Of a DNA stretch of 64,000 nt, positions 1 through 9,701 are shown piece after piece; position 1 is the first letter of the stretch, and each line of letters starts with the position of its first letter. The notes beneath the pieces were generated by a model. That model did no database searches and had not been told where the DNA came from. It worked only from the letters and a program-made list of their open reading frames with translations. The stretch is from the sequence record DRR723986_9343. One strand, 5' to 3'. The position numbers were made by a program, and so were the translations under genes.

Positions 1-52
1 TTGAGTCAGCTATTCATTGGGTGTAGCACGTTACGCGTCCGTGCGACTCGCA

Positions 53-1039
53 CTAGCCGATTTGGCAATGAGTGGCGATTTCTGCACCGGTGGCTTGATA
101 GCCCACGTAGAACGGGCCAAACTCGCCATACTTGGCGCTCGCTTCGTCAAAACGCATCTTGTAGACGATGTCTTTCAGATAGTCGGGATTGCGGGCCCAC
201 AGCGTAACACCCCACTCCCAATCATCGACGCCAACCGACACGGTAACAACTTGCGTCACACGACCGGCGAATGCCATACCGCTTTGGGCATGCTCGGCCA
301 TCATGCTATTGCGAGCGGAAAATGGAGTCGTGAACCAGTTGGCACCGACGACTCGGCTCTTGTTCATTGGGTAAAAGCAAAGTGACGGCCAAGCCGGTAG
401 GTCAGGCGTAAGGCGTTGTTTGTTCATCATCGGCAGTCGCTTCTCGTATGCGGCCACCTTTGCCGAGAGGGCCGGTGAATCGGCTGGTTCACCGCCGTGA
501 ATCAGCCGGTCGCGATACTGCTCAGGCGATGGCACGTATTCAGAGATCTCGGTGAAGGAAACAAACGAATAGGTCGGTACGATGGCTGGTCCAAGTTCGC
601 TGGCCATCAACCGTTGGTGGACGCCATCGATTTTCAGCGGATCTGCATCGAAGATCAGGGTTCCAAAGTCAGCTTTATGGCCACTGACAAGGTAGCTTTG
701 CATTCGAGTCGGCGAAGCCTGGTCAGGACACTTTTCGTTTGGCTTACGCAGAATAGCTTCCAACTGCCCTCTGCCTTTGCGGATTTCGGCAGTGGAAAGT
801 TGCTTGAGAGCGGCACGGTCAAATGAATAAAAGTAGTGGGAGCAGTGCCAGCCCGACGATGGTTCGATGCTCGGATCGGGAAGATTCATCGCAGCGCCGG
901 GACGTCTTCCTGCGCCAGGTCGCCCACTGTTTTCCGGGGTACTGGGCCTTCCCGAGCTGGCGCTGCCTGGAGGTCCGGCGGGCCTGCCGTGGTTCGAGCC
1001 TTCTACGTTTTGCGGTGCTTGGGAGGAATCGTCGGCCAT
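53..1039 (-). CDS. hemQ: Chlorite dismutase-family protein, probably hydrogen peroxide-dependent heme synthase (coproheme decarboxylase)
   Basis: Motifs GHKAD, FYPMNK, EH (proximal His), DDWEWGVTL, MRFDEASAKYGEFGPFYVG. Start trimmed from 1342 to ATG 1039 (MADDS); the start is uncertain. Confidence 0.8.
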   Translation of the reverse strand: MADDSSQAPQNVEGSNHGRPAGPPGSASSGRPSTPENSGRPGAGRRPGAAMNLPDPSIEPSSGWHCSHYFYSFDRAALKQLSTAEIRKGRGQLEAILRKPNEKCPDQASPTRMQSYLVSGHKADFGTLIFDADPLKIDGVHQRLMASELGPAIVPTYSFVSFTEISEYVPSPEQYRDRLIHGGEPADSPALSAKVAAYEKRLPMMNKQRLTPDLPAWPSLCFYPMNKSRVVGANWFTTPFSARNSMMAEHAQSGMAFAGRVTQVVTVSVGVDDWEWGVTLWARNPDYLKDIVYKMRFDEASAKYGEFGPFYVGYQATGAEIATHCQIG

Positions 1040-1537
1040 GGCGGGCTTCTCTATTCGGTTGCAGTGTTGAATTCGAAAGGGGCTTGGAGGGCGGGCCGAA
1101 GCTGAAGAACAGACGCAAACGACACGATAGTGCTCACACTTGCGCTGACAACGGCTGGCCGGAAACCAATTATCTGCTTCCCGCAGCGGTCGGCTAGTGC
1201 TAGTGGATACTCTTCGGGCAGTTCTTGATGCTGCGAGCAAAGAATGATTTTCACCACGACGACGATCACCGCGTTTTTGAATTCTCCAGCGGGGCCATTT
1301 TGAATTCTCTGGCGGGTCAACGATTTTGGCCTTGGGCATCATTGGTGATGCCCGGTCGTCGATCTAAATGCTCGCGGTTAGAATCTTCGCCTTAAGCAGT
1401 CATTGGAGCAGACTCCCCAAAAGCCAGCCGTCCGCGGAATTGGACTTGGAAGGATGTTTCACGAAACGCGAACTCTACAACGGTACTTGGGCCAGAGAAA
1501 TCTGGTTCGAATCAAAATCTAGCGAGAAGTCTTCGGC

Positions 1538-3082
1538 ATGTCGGAAGCAGATCCAAGAATTGTCAAACTGGAGAAGATTGAATCACTGGGCATCGACCCT
1601 TGGGGGCAACGATTCCAGGATCGCGACTGGAATCGCGATGTTCGTGCTCGCGCTGGAGAAGTCAAATACCGGCTGGAAGACGGTTCCGAGCTGGAGCTGC
1701 CAACTCTGGATGTCGATCGAGAGGACCGTGTCGACTACCGAAAATGGAAGGGTGAGGTTGGCAAGGGCGAAGAGATTGGGCCCGACGTGCGCGTCGCTGG
1801 CCGAATCGTGCTGATGCGGCCAACCGGCAAACTGATCTTCATTCAGTTGCGTGATTGGACCGGCGATATTCAGATCTTTATCGGTAAGGCTCAGGTCGGC
1901 GATGCTGATTTCGAACTCGCGGGCAATTTCGACCTTGGCGATTGGCTGGCCGTCGAAGGAAGATTGGGGCGAACCAATACCGGTGAGCTGACCGTCTTTG
2001 CCGCCAATCTGCACCTTATGTGCAAGACCCTCGAGCAACCTCCCGAAAAGCATGCCGGTCTCCAAAACGCCGAACTGAAGCAACGCCAACGCTATCTGGA
2101 TCTGGCCTACAACGATGGAGTGATGGATACGTTCCTGGCCAGAACCAAGATTGTCAAATCCATTCGCAAGACGCTGGATGATCGCGGCTACTGCGAAATT
2201 GAGGGCCCCACGCTGCATACGGTCGCGGGCGGAGCGGCGGCGCGGCCGTTCAAGACCCACCACAACACTCTGGACATGCCTCTGGTGATGCGGATTGCTT
2301 TGGAGTTGCACCTGAAGAGGCTGCTGGTTGGCGGGATGGAACGCGTCTACGAACTCGGCCGAGTCTATCGTAACGAGGGCATCAGTCCTCGACACAATCC
2401 AGAGTTTACGATGATGGAGGCCTACGAGGCGTTCGGTAACTATGAGGTCATGATGGAGCTGACCGAGCAGATCATTTTGAACGCCCTCAAAGCCACCGAT
2501 CAAGATTACAAAGTCATTTGGGCCGACAAAGAAATCGACTTCACGCCTCCGTTTGCACGGAGAACCTATGATGAGCTGTTCGCAGAGCATGCGGGTGTCG
2601 ACCCTCAGGATCAGGATGCGATTATCGCACTGGCGAAGAAGATCGGCATCGACACCGAGGGTAAACACCCCGATGTAGTGAAGAGTGAAGTCTTCGAAGA
2701 AAAGGTCGAAGATGCGTTGGTTGGCCCCGTTTTTGTCATCGATTATCCAGCAAGCATCTGCCCGTTGACGCGACGCAAGAAATCGAACCCGGCGGTGGCT
2801 GAGCGCTTTGAATTGTTCATCCACGGCATGGAATTAGCCAACGCGTACACCGAGTTGAACGATCCAATTCTTCAGGAAGAGTTGTTTCGCACTCAATTGG
2901 AGGGACAGGCGGACGAGGATTCGATGGCCAAGATGGACAACGATTTTGTTCTCGCCCTTCGCAATGGTATGCCACCCGCAGGTGGACTCGGGATCGGAAT
3001 CGATCGACTGGTAATGCTATTGACCAATTCAAAGAGCATTCGGGATATCATTCTGTTTCCTCTGTTGCGAAATAATTCGTAA
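1538..3082 (+). CDS. lysS: Lysine--tRNA ligase (class II)
   Basis: OB-fold anticodon domain, GGAAARPFKTHHN, YRNEGISPRHNPEFTMME, motif 3 GLGIGIDRL. Confidence 0.97.
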   Translation: MSEADPRIVKLEKIESLGIDPWGQRFQDRDWNRDVRARAGEVKYRLEDGSELELPTLDVDREDRVDYRKWKGEVGKGEEIGPDVRVAGRIVLMRPTGKLIFIQLRDWTGDIQIFIGKAQVGDADFELAGNFDLGDWLAVEGRLGRTNTGELTVFAANLHLMCKTLEQPPEKHAGLQNAELKQRQRYLDLAYNDGVMDTFLARTKIVKSIRKTLDDRGYCEIEGPTLHTVAGGAAARPFKTHHNTLDMPLVMRIALELHLKRLLVGGMERVYELGRVYRNEGISPRHNPEFTMMEAYEAFGNYEVMMELTEQIILNALKATDQDYKVIWADKEIDFTPPFARRTYDELFAEHAGVDPQDQDAIIALAKKIGIDTEGKHPDVVKSEVFEEKVEDALVGPVFVIDYPASICPLTRRKKSNPAVAERFELFIHGMELANAYTELNDPILQEELFRTQLEGQADEDSMAKMDNDFVLALRNGMPPAGGLGIGIDRLVMLLTNSKSIRDIILFPLLRNNS

Positions 3083-3163
3083 CAAGCCTGCACTGAAAGT
3101 TGACAGGCTGGACGAAAATTTTGAGCACACTCGGTCCTGCGAGAAACCATGCAAGGATAACTG

Positions 3164-3661
3164 ATGAGCGAATCGAAGCCACTTGTTGGCGTGATCATGG
3201 GCAGTAAGTCCGATTGGCCGACGATGCAAGCTGCGGCAGAGTTTCTTGAGAGCATGCAGGTGCCGCACGAGTGCCGTGTCGTCTCGGCTCACCGGACTCC
3301 CGATTGGATGGTCGAATATGCTAAAACGGCCGAGTCACGTGGGCTGAAAGTCATCGTTGCTGGTGCTGGAGGCGCGGCTCATTTGCCGGGCATGGTTGCT
3401 GCCAGCACCACGTTGCCGGTCTTGGGCGTCCCGGTGCAAAGCAAAGCTCTCAGTGGGCTGGATTCGCTGCTCTCCATCGTACAGATGCCCGGTGGTATTC
3501 CTGTCGCAACGTTAGCTATCGGCACATCGGGTGCAAAAAACGCGGGCATTCTTGCAACGAGAATTCTTGCCGGTAACGATGCAGAGCTAAACGGGCGGTT
3601 GAAAGAGTGGATGTATGCTCAGACGTCCGCAGTCATGGCGGATAATGAGCTGAGTATTTAG
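3164..3661 (+). CDS. purE: N5-carboxyaminoimidazole ribonucleotide mutase
   Basis: [40 protein letters not shown]. Confidence 0.97.
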   Translation: MSESKPLVGVIMGSKSDWPTMQAAAEFLESMQVPHECRVVSAHRTPDWMVEYAKTAESRGLKVIVAGAGGAAHLPGMVAASTTLPVLGVPVQSKALSGLDSLLSIVQMPGGIPVATLAIGTSGAKNAGILATRILAGNDAELNGRLKEWMYAQTSAVMADNELSI

Positions 3662-3737
3662 TTTTCGCCGGTCTGTATTGTTATCGATGGTCGTTGGAAT
3701 GCTACACAACTGTAGTGCGACTTAGAAGAGGTTGACA

Positions 3738-4916
3738 ATGGTTGGAGTAACGCACGAAACCATCCTTCCGGGCAATTGGGTGGGCGTCTTTGGTGGCGGC
3801 CAATTAGGACGCATGTTCACCCACGCCGCTCAGCGGCTCGGGTATCACGTGGTTGTCTTTGACCCCGAAGAAGATTGCCCTGCGGCCCAAAGTGCTGACG
3901 TACACATGATGCCGTCGTCAGACGCTGAAGCGAAAGTCTTGGCCGAAGAAATGGCTCGGCTGTGCAGCGTGATTACGCTCGAATTCGAAAATATCGATGT
4001 CAGCTTGCTGCGGCTTGCTAGTCGAGTGACACGAGTTGCACCCGGAGCTGATTTTCTGGAGATGTGCCAAGATCGCATCCAGGAAAAGCGGCGGCTTAGT
4101 CGATCCGGTTTTCCGGTAACGCCCTTTCAAGAAGTTGCGAGTGCAGAAGATATTGTCACCGCTGGAGAAGAATTGGAGTGGCCCCTTGTCGTCAAGACGG
4201 CACGCAGTGGGTACGACGGCAAAGGGCAGATGGTTGTTCGGACCGCCGAAGCGGCCGAAGCTGCTTGGGAGAGTCTTGCCACTGACAAAGCGATCGCGGA
4301 GAAGATGATTTCCTTCGACGCGGAGGTTTCGGTCATCGCGGCTCGCAATGCATCGGGCCAGATTGAGACCTACCCTTTGCTTGAAAACGAGCACTCCAAT
4401 CATATTCTCAATGTTACCCGGTGTCCGGCAAGCAATCCGCTGCGAGACGTCGAGGAGAAGGCTCGTGAAATAGCCGTCGGTATTGCGGAGGCGTTCGGCG
4501 TCGTTGGCTTGTTTTGTACCGAGTTCTTCGTTTCAAGCGACGGGGAACTGATGATCAACGAAATTGCTCCGCGGCCACACAATTCAGGACACCTGACCAT
4601 GGACGCCTTCGCCTGCAGCCAGTTCGAGCAGCAAGTGCGTGCCATCTGCAATCTACCGCTTCGCAAATGCGAACCACGGCAGCCTGCAGCAATGATCAAC
4701 ATTCTGGGAGACTTGTGGGACGGCGGTGAACCAAACTGGCAGGCAGCCCTCAGCGCAAGTCGAGCGCACTTGCACTTGTACGGCAAGCATGAAGCAAGGC
4801 CCGGCAGGAAAATGGGGCACCTGAACGTTCTAGATGATACGTCCAGCGAAGCGGCCATCACTGCAAAAGATTTGCACGATGCACTCGCTCAAAAAAATGA
4901 CAACGACGATGAGTAG
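3738..4916 (+). CDS. purK: N5-carboxyaminoimidazole ribonucleotide synthase
   Basis: GGGQLGRM, GYDGKGQ, NEIAPRPHNSGH, LYGKHEARPGRKMGH; follows purE. Confidence 0.96.
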   Translation: MVGVTHETILPGNWVGVFGGGQLGRMFTHAAQRLGYHVVVFDPEEDCPAAQSADVHMMPSSDAEAKVLAEEMARLCSVITLEFENIDVSLLRLASRVTRVAPGADFLEMCQDRIQEKRRLSRSGFPVTPFQEVASAEDIVTAGEELEWPLVVKTARSGYDGKGQMVVRTAEAAEAAWESLATDKAIAEKMISFDAEVSVIAARNASGQIETYPLLENEHSNHILNVTRCPASNPLRDVEEKAREIAVGIAEAFGVVGLFCTEFFVSSDGELMINEIAPRPHNSGHLTMDAFACSQFEQQVRAICNLPLRKCEPRQPAAMINILGDLWDGGEPNWQAALSASRAHLHLYGKHEARPGRKMGHLNVLDDTSSEAAITAKDLHDALAQKNDNDDE

Positions 4917-4998
4917 GGAACATTGAACTGCAGCGATCCGAGAGCTGCTGTGAGAACATTGAATTGAATCACCGAGACGCGAATACGGGAATGCAAGA

Positions 4999-6042
4999 AT
5001 GAGCAAAGGATTTGGCATTGTTGGTTGTGGGATGATTGCGGGCTTTCATGCCAAGGCAATTGCGGACATCGAAGGAGCCGAGTTGGTTGCGTGCTATGAC
5101 CGAAACGCTCACAAGGCGGAGGCGTTGGCCTCGGAATATGGTGGCAAGCCGTATTCGAGCCTTGACGAGATGCTTGCTCAAGACGACCTCGATATCGTTA
5201 CGATTTGTTCGCCTAGTGGTGCACACATGGAACCATGCGTTGCAGCGGCTGAAGCAGGCAAGCATGTTATCGTCGAAAAACCGCTAGACGTGACACTTGA
5301 ACGATGCGACGCCATGATCAAAGCTTGCGAGAAAGCGGGCGTCAAACTGGCAGCCATTTTCCCATCTCGCTTTCACCGAAGCAGTCAGTTGATGAAGCAA
5401 GCCGTTGATGGCGGGCGCTTCGGGAAACTGGCCCTTGGTGATGCCTACGTCAAATGGTTTCGGACGCAGGAATATTACGACAGCGGTGCATGGCGTGGGA
5501 CTTGGGAGCTAGACGGCGGCGGAGCGTTGATGAACCAAGCGATTCACAGCGTTGACTTGCTGCTGTGGCTGATGGGGCCTGCAACGGAAGTGATGGCGCA
5601 CACCGCAACGCTTGCTCACGAGCGGATCGAGGTTGAGGATGTTGCCACGGCCACGGTTCGATTTGCAAATGGTGCACTTGGCGTCATCGAAGCCACCACC
5701 GCGGGGTTCCCTGGGGCGCTGAAGAAAATTGAGCTAACCGGATCGGAAGGAACCGCGATCTTGGAGGAAGAGGACATCATCAAATGGGAGTTCGCCGAGG
5801 CCGATGAAGCTGACGCAGCACTTCGCGAAGAAATGATGGGCAAGACGCAGACTGGCGGTGGTGCAGCAGATCCGGCCGCCATTGGGCACCATGCCCATGC
5901 TGAGCTGTTCCGTGACTTCCTACAGGCGATCGAAGAAGATCGCGCTCCCGCAATTGACGGTCACGAGGGCCGACGAAGCGTTGAATTGATTTTGGCGATC
6001 TATGAAAGTGCCAAGACTGGGCAAAAAGTTACTCTTTCTTAG
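4999..6042 (+). CDS. Gfo/Idh/MocA family oxidoreductase
   Basis: GIVGCGMIA Rossmann motif, GKHVIVEKP, GGGALMNQAIHSVD. Confidence 0.9.
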   Translation: MSKGFGIVGCGMIAGFHAKAIADIEGAELVACYDRNAHKAEALASEYGGKPYSSLDEMLAQDDLDIVTICSPSGAHMEPCVAAAEAGKHVIVEKPLDVTLERCDAMIKACEKAGVKLAAIFPSRFHRSSQLMKQAVDGGRFGKLALGDAYVKWFRTQEYYDSGAWRGTWELDGGGALMNQAIHSVDLLLWLMGPATEVMAHTATLAHERIEVEDVATATVRFANGALGVIEATTAGFPGALKKIELTGSEGTAILEEEDIIKWEFAEADEADAALREEMMGKTQTGGGAADPAAIGHHAHAELFRDFLQAIEEDRAPAIDGHEGRRSVELILAIYESAKTGQKVTLS

Positions 6043-6276
6043 ACTCGTGTCTGTGGCGAATGGAATCGGCAAGCGAATGGCTCGAGTGGAGATGCCAGGT
6101 GCCGCACTGCTATAGTTGTCTGATGTTGATGCTGGCTCGCCCTGCATTCAACCTGACTCGCCCCACATTCAAGCAAACGACGGTCCTGGCCACCTCTGAT
6201 CAGCCTCAATTGTCTTAACCTTAAAAATCACTCTCCTACGCGGTCAATGGCCGTGATTGGACAGGAACACGGGTCT

Positions 6277-6927
6277 ATGAAAAACACATTTCGATCAATC
6301 GTATTCGTTCGTACAACCACTTGCGCGGCGTTGTTCGCCATCGCAACTCTTGTTGGTTGTGGGCCTTCCCCTGAATCCGACACCGACGTCACCGATGGTG
6401 ACGAATCGACCGAGGCCGCTTCGGCTGACACCGACACCGCGGTAAATGCTGCTGGTACTGCTTTTTCACTCACGCCAGAGAACACGAAAATTCAGTTCGT
6501 TGGCAATCACACTGGGGATGATCCCAAGCCCAGAACATGCACATTTGCAAAGTTCGATGGGTCTCTCGGTATTGTCGAAGATCAGTTGCAAAGTATCTCG
6601 ATCAAGATTGACACCAACAGCATCGAGACCGAGTTCGAGAAGCTGACAACTCACTTGAAGGCGGCCGACTTTTTCGATGTGAAGCGATTCACGTCTGCAG
6701 CCTTCCAATCGACAAGCATTGAAGCCGCTGGTGATGGACAGTACAAGGTTACCGGCGACCTAACGCTGCTCGGCGAAACCAAGCCAGTGAGTTTCACTGC
6801 ACAATTCTCTGCCGAAGAGCCTACGTTGAATGCAGAGTTTGAGATCGATCGAACCCAGTGGGGAATGGATTACGACCCAAGCAAGATCGAGAAAATGGTT
6901 GAGATGACGGTCAGCGTCGGCAGCTAG
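6277..6927 (+). CDS. YceI-family lipoprotein
   Basis: Lipobox LVGC; HLKAADFFDVKRF, GDLTLLGETKPV, IDRTQWGM. Confidence 0.85.
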   Translation: MKNTFRSIVFVRTTTCAALFAIATLVGCGPSPESDTDVTDGDESTEAASADTDTAVNAAGTAFSLTPENTKIQFVGNHTGDDPKPRTCTFAKFDGSLGIVEDQLQSISIKIDTNSIETEFEKLTTHLKAADFFDVKRFTSAAFQSTSIEAAGDGQYKVTGDLTLLGETKPVSFTAQFSAEEPTLNAEFEIDRTQWGMDYDPSKIEKMVEMTVSVGS

Positions 6928-6933
6928 GATTGC

Positions 6934-7947
6934 TTGATGCTCTTTACGCTCAATGATTTTCTTTTCGGCATATGCCTCCCAGCGGTCGTTTCGTTTCTGG
7001 TGCTCGTCATTGTGCACCTTGCCGCCGCGGTCTCTCGTAGGTTGCTTTCAATCGCTGCGGCGACGGCTTGTGCGGCAGGCACGCTCACAGGCTACTATAC
7101 TCTAGAGCTTGGGCCTTTCGTGCCACAAATTGATCGCGAGTGGATTCCGCTTGCTCCGCTGCTGGCAGTCCCGTTTGCAGCTACCGCGTCGGCGAGCGGA
7201 TGGAGGCGGTTGGCTGGGTTCACTTACGCAGCAATTGCACTTTCCGGACTTGCTGTGGTCCTCGTTCCCGACTGGGAATCGCTAGAACAGACTCGATTGA
7301 CGTATCAGGTTGTTTGGGTAGTGCTCACTCTCTTGGTTACAGGGGTTTGCGTATGGGCTCTGTCAGAAAAACAGGATCCTGAGTCCGCAGCATACCCGGT
7401 AGACTCTTCGGCGAATCCATCGGCCACAGCTTCACCGGCCACAGCTTCACCAGACATGCAGTCAGGTCGCCCGTCAGGGATGGTTGCCAGTATTGTTCAG
7501 GTGTGTTGCCTTGTTCAGCCTGCGGCCCATGCGTTCCCACTGCTTGCACTGAGTGGCAGTTTGCGTTTCGCCACAGTTGCGTTTTGCATTGTCGGTGGTT
7601 GTTTGGGTGTGCTGTTGGCAAATCTGGTTGCCAACTCGTTTGGAGAACGGAACCTCTCGAAGATGGGAGCGACGGTTCTGGGCATCAGCGGCGTTTGGAT
7701 GTGGGGCCTGTACGCAACGCTTCTTACCGGCTTGCTAAACTCTTGGTCTGAGATTCCGTATTTCGTTTATGCGGTGCTCCCGCTTGCGGGTGTGCTTGGC
7801 ATCCTCACTGAACGACGTCTCAGACAGTGGCCAACCTACCTTAGGATTGTGATCCCGATCGCAGTCAGTTTGGTGGCGTCAAGCGCTGTTCTGGGCGTGG
7901 CAATCGCTGCAGAATGGGAATCCATTACACAGCCCGGTATGTACTAG
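6934..7947 (+). CDS. Hypothetical multi-pass membrane protein
   Basis: Many hydrophobic segments; closely spaced between yceI and the kinase. Confidence 0.65.
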   Translation: MMLFTLNDFLFGICLPAVVSFLVLVIVHLAAAVSRRLLSIAAATACAAGTLTGYYTLELGPFVPQIDREWIPLAPLLAVPFAATASASGWRRLAGFTYAAIALSGLAVVLVPDWESLEQTRLTYQVVWVVLTLLVTGVCVWALSEKQDPESAAYPVDSSANPSATASPATASPDMQSGRPSGMVASIVQVCCLVQPAAHAFPLLALSGSLRFATVAFCIVGGCLGVLLANLVANSFGERNLSKMGATVLGISGVWMWGLYATLLTGLLNSWSEIPYFVYAVLPLAGVLGILTERRLRQWPTYLRIVIPIAVSLVASSAVLGVAIAAEWESITQPGMY

Positions 7948-7986
7948 CGGACACGAACTTTTTTGACTGTTTGGTCAAGGAAACGC

Positions 7987-9678
7987 ATGAAACCGAATCA
8001 GAATGATCCTGATGATTGGAGCCAAGCGACTGCAAACGTAGTTGCTGGCCTCGCAGATCGGATTCAGGCAGGTGAACAGATCCGGCTTGAGGATGCGGTG
8101 GAAGAGTTTCCCGAACACTCGTCGGAGATTCGCGAAGTTTGGGGAGCAATTCTGCTGACGGAAGCCGTCGCTGGGGCTGCTCGCACAACGCCGCCATCTG
8201 AGGAAGGAACACGACTCGTTTCACCGAGCGGTTCGGAGGCGGTTGGTAGCGGAGCGCCTGCGATCGGATCACTTCCTTGTCAAATCGGCGATTACGAACT
8301 GGCTGAGGTGATTGGTCGAGGTGGCATGGGGGTCGTGTACCGAGCCCGTCAACTTAGTTTGAATCGCGAAGTTGCGATCAAGATGATTCACGAGAGCCGC
8401 CCGACGACGGACGACAACCTGCGTCGTTTCTTCGCTGAAGCTGAGGCGACAGCGCGTCTGGAACATCCCGGAATTGTGGCTGTCTACGAGGTTGCTGAGC
8501 ATGATGGGCATCCTTACTTCAGCATGCAGTTGGTACAAGGCGAGACGCTTGCAGAGATTTTGCGTCGCGGTCCGTTGCCCCAGCGCAAGGCTGCTGAGTA
8601 CATCGTCCAGGTCGCCCGAGCGATTGACTACGCGCACAGCCAGGGGATTCAGCATCGCGACATCAAACCGTCGAACATCTTGATTGACGAAAATGATCGG
8701 GTCCGAGTGATGGATTTCGGCTTGGCCAAATTTGCCGACTCGGCGGACCGCATTACGCACACCGGCACCGTGCTGGGAACGCCAAGTTACATGTCGCCAG
8801 AGCAGGCGTCGGGACGTTCGACAATGGTCGGCCCGCAGTCCGACGTCTATTCGATGGGGACCGTGCTTTATCATTTGTTGGTTGGACGCCCGCCGTTCAT
8901 TGCGGATTCTCCGATGCAGCTTGCTCTGCAGATCTTGGAACACGATCCGCCAATGCCAAGAATGTTGGAGCCACGCGTCGACCCGGATCTGGACATGATC
9001 GTTCAGCGTGCTATTCAAAAGCCAATGGATCTGCGCTATACGACGGCCGCCGAATTGGCCGACGACCTTGAGTGTTTTTTGCGCGACGAGGCAGTCTCAG
9101 CCCGAAGCGGAAAACTAGCTCAGGTGGCCGCACGTTGGCTGCGAGAGACGCATCATGCCGCCGTTCTTGAGAACTGGGGGCTGTTGTGGATGTGGCATAG
9201 TTTGGTGCTGTTCATTGTTTGCTTTGCCACGGAAGCATTCCACTGGGCCGGCATATCAACGCGATTCGCCTACGCCGGACTGTGGGTCATTGGCCTGGGA
9301 ACTTGGGCTGCCGTTTTCTGGGCGCTCAGACGGCGGATGGGGCCGGTTACGTTCGTTGAGCGGCAGATTGCGCACGTGTGGGGCGCGAGCTTGATTGTCA
9401 TCGCCGCTTTGACGCCGCTTGAGTGGTTGTTGGGACTCGAACCACTGACCCTCTCGCCCATCCTCGGACTGGTCGGTGCGATGGTTTTCTTCGTCAAAGC
9501 AGGGATCTTGACCGGCGTCTTTTACGCTCAAGCCGCCGCGCTGCTGGCGGCGAGTTTCGTGATGGCGATTCTGCCAGATTTTGCCCACACGGTTTTCGGA
9601 ATCGTCTCGGCAGGATGTTTTTTCATCCCCGGCCTGAAGTATTACCGAGTTCGAAAATCCAGCGATCGTCGTAGCTGA
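7987..9678 (+). CDS. Hanks-type Ser/Thr protein kinase with C-terminal membrane domain
   Basis: GRGGMGVV, VAIK, HRDIKPSN, DFG, GTPSYMSPEQ; about six C-terminal TM segments. Confidence 0.93.
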   Translation: MKPNQNDPDDWSQATANVVAGLADRIQAGEQIRLEDAVEEFPEHSSEIREVWGAILLTEAVAGAARTTPPSEEGTRLVSPSGSEAVGSGAPAIGSLPCQIGDYELAEVIGRGGMGVVYRARQLSLNREVAIKMIHESRPTTDDNLRRFFAEAEATARLEHPGIVAVYEVAEHDGHPYFSMQLVQGETLAEILRRGPLPQRKAAEYIVQVARAIDYAHSQGIQHRDIKPSNILIDENDRVRVMDFGLAKFADSADRITHTGTVLGTPSYMSPEQASGRSTMVGPQSDVYSMGTVLYHLLVGRPPFIADSPMQLALQILEHDPPMPRMLEPRVDPDLDMIVQRAIQKPMDLRYTTAAELADDLECFLRDEAVSARSGKLAQVAARWLRETHHAAVLENWGLLWMWHSLVLFIVCFATEAFHWAGISTRFAYAGLWVIGLGTWAAVFWALRRRMGPVTFVERQIAHVWGASLIVIAALTPLEWLLGLEPLTLSPILGLVGAMVFFVKAGILTGVFYAQAAALLAASFVMAILPDFAHTVFGIVSAGCFFIPGLKYYRVRKSSDRRS

Positions 9679-9701
9679 AACACAGATGCTACTAAGTGTG
9701 G

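Noticed and set aside
1583-2824. 413-aa minus-strand ORF
   Set aside because: Antisense shadow of lysS with no motifs
8269-9018. 249-aa minus-strand ORF
   Set aside because: Antisense to the kinase domain
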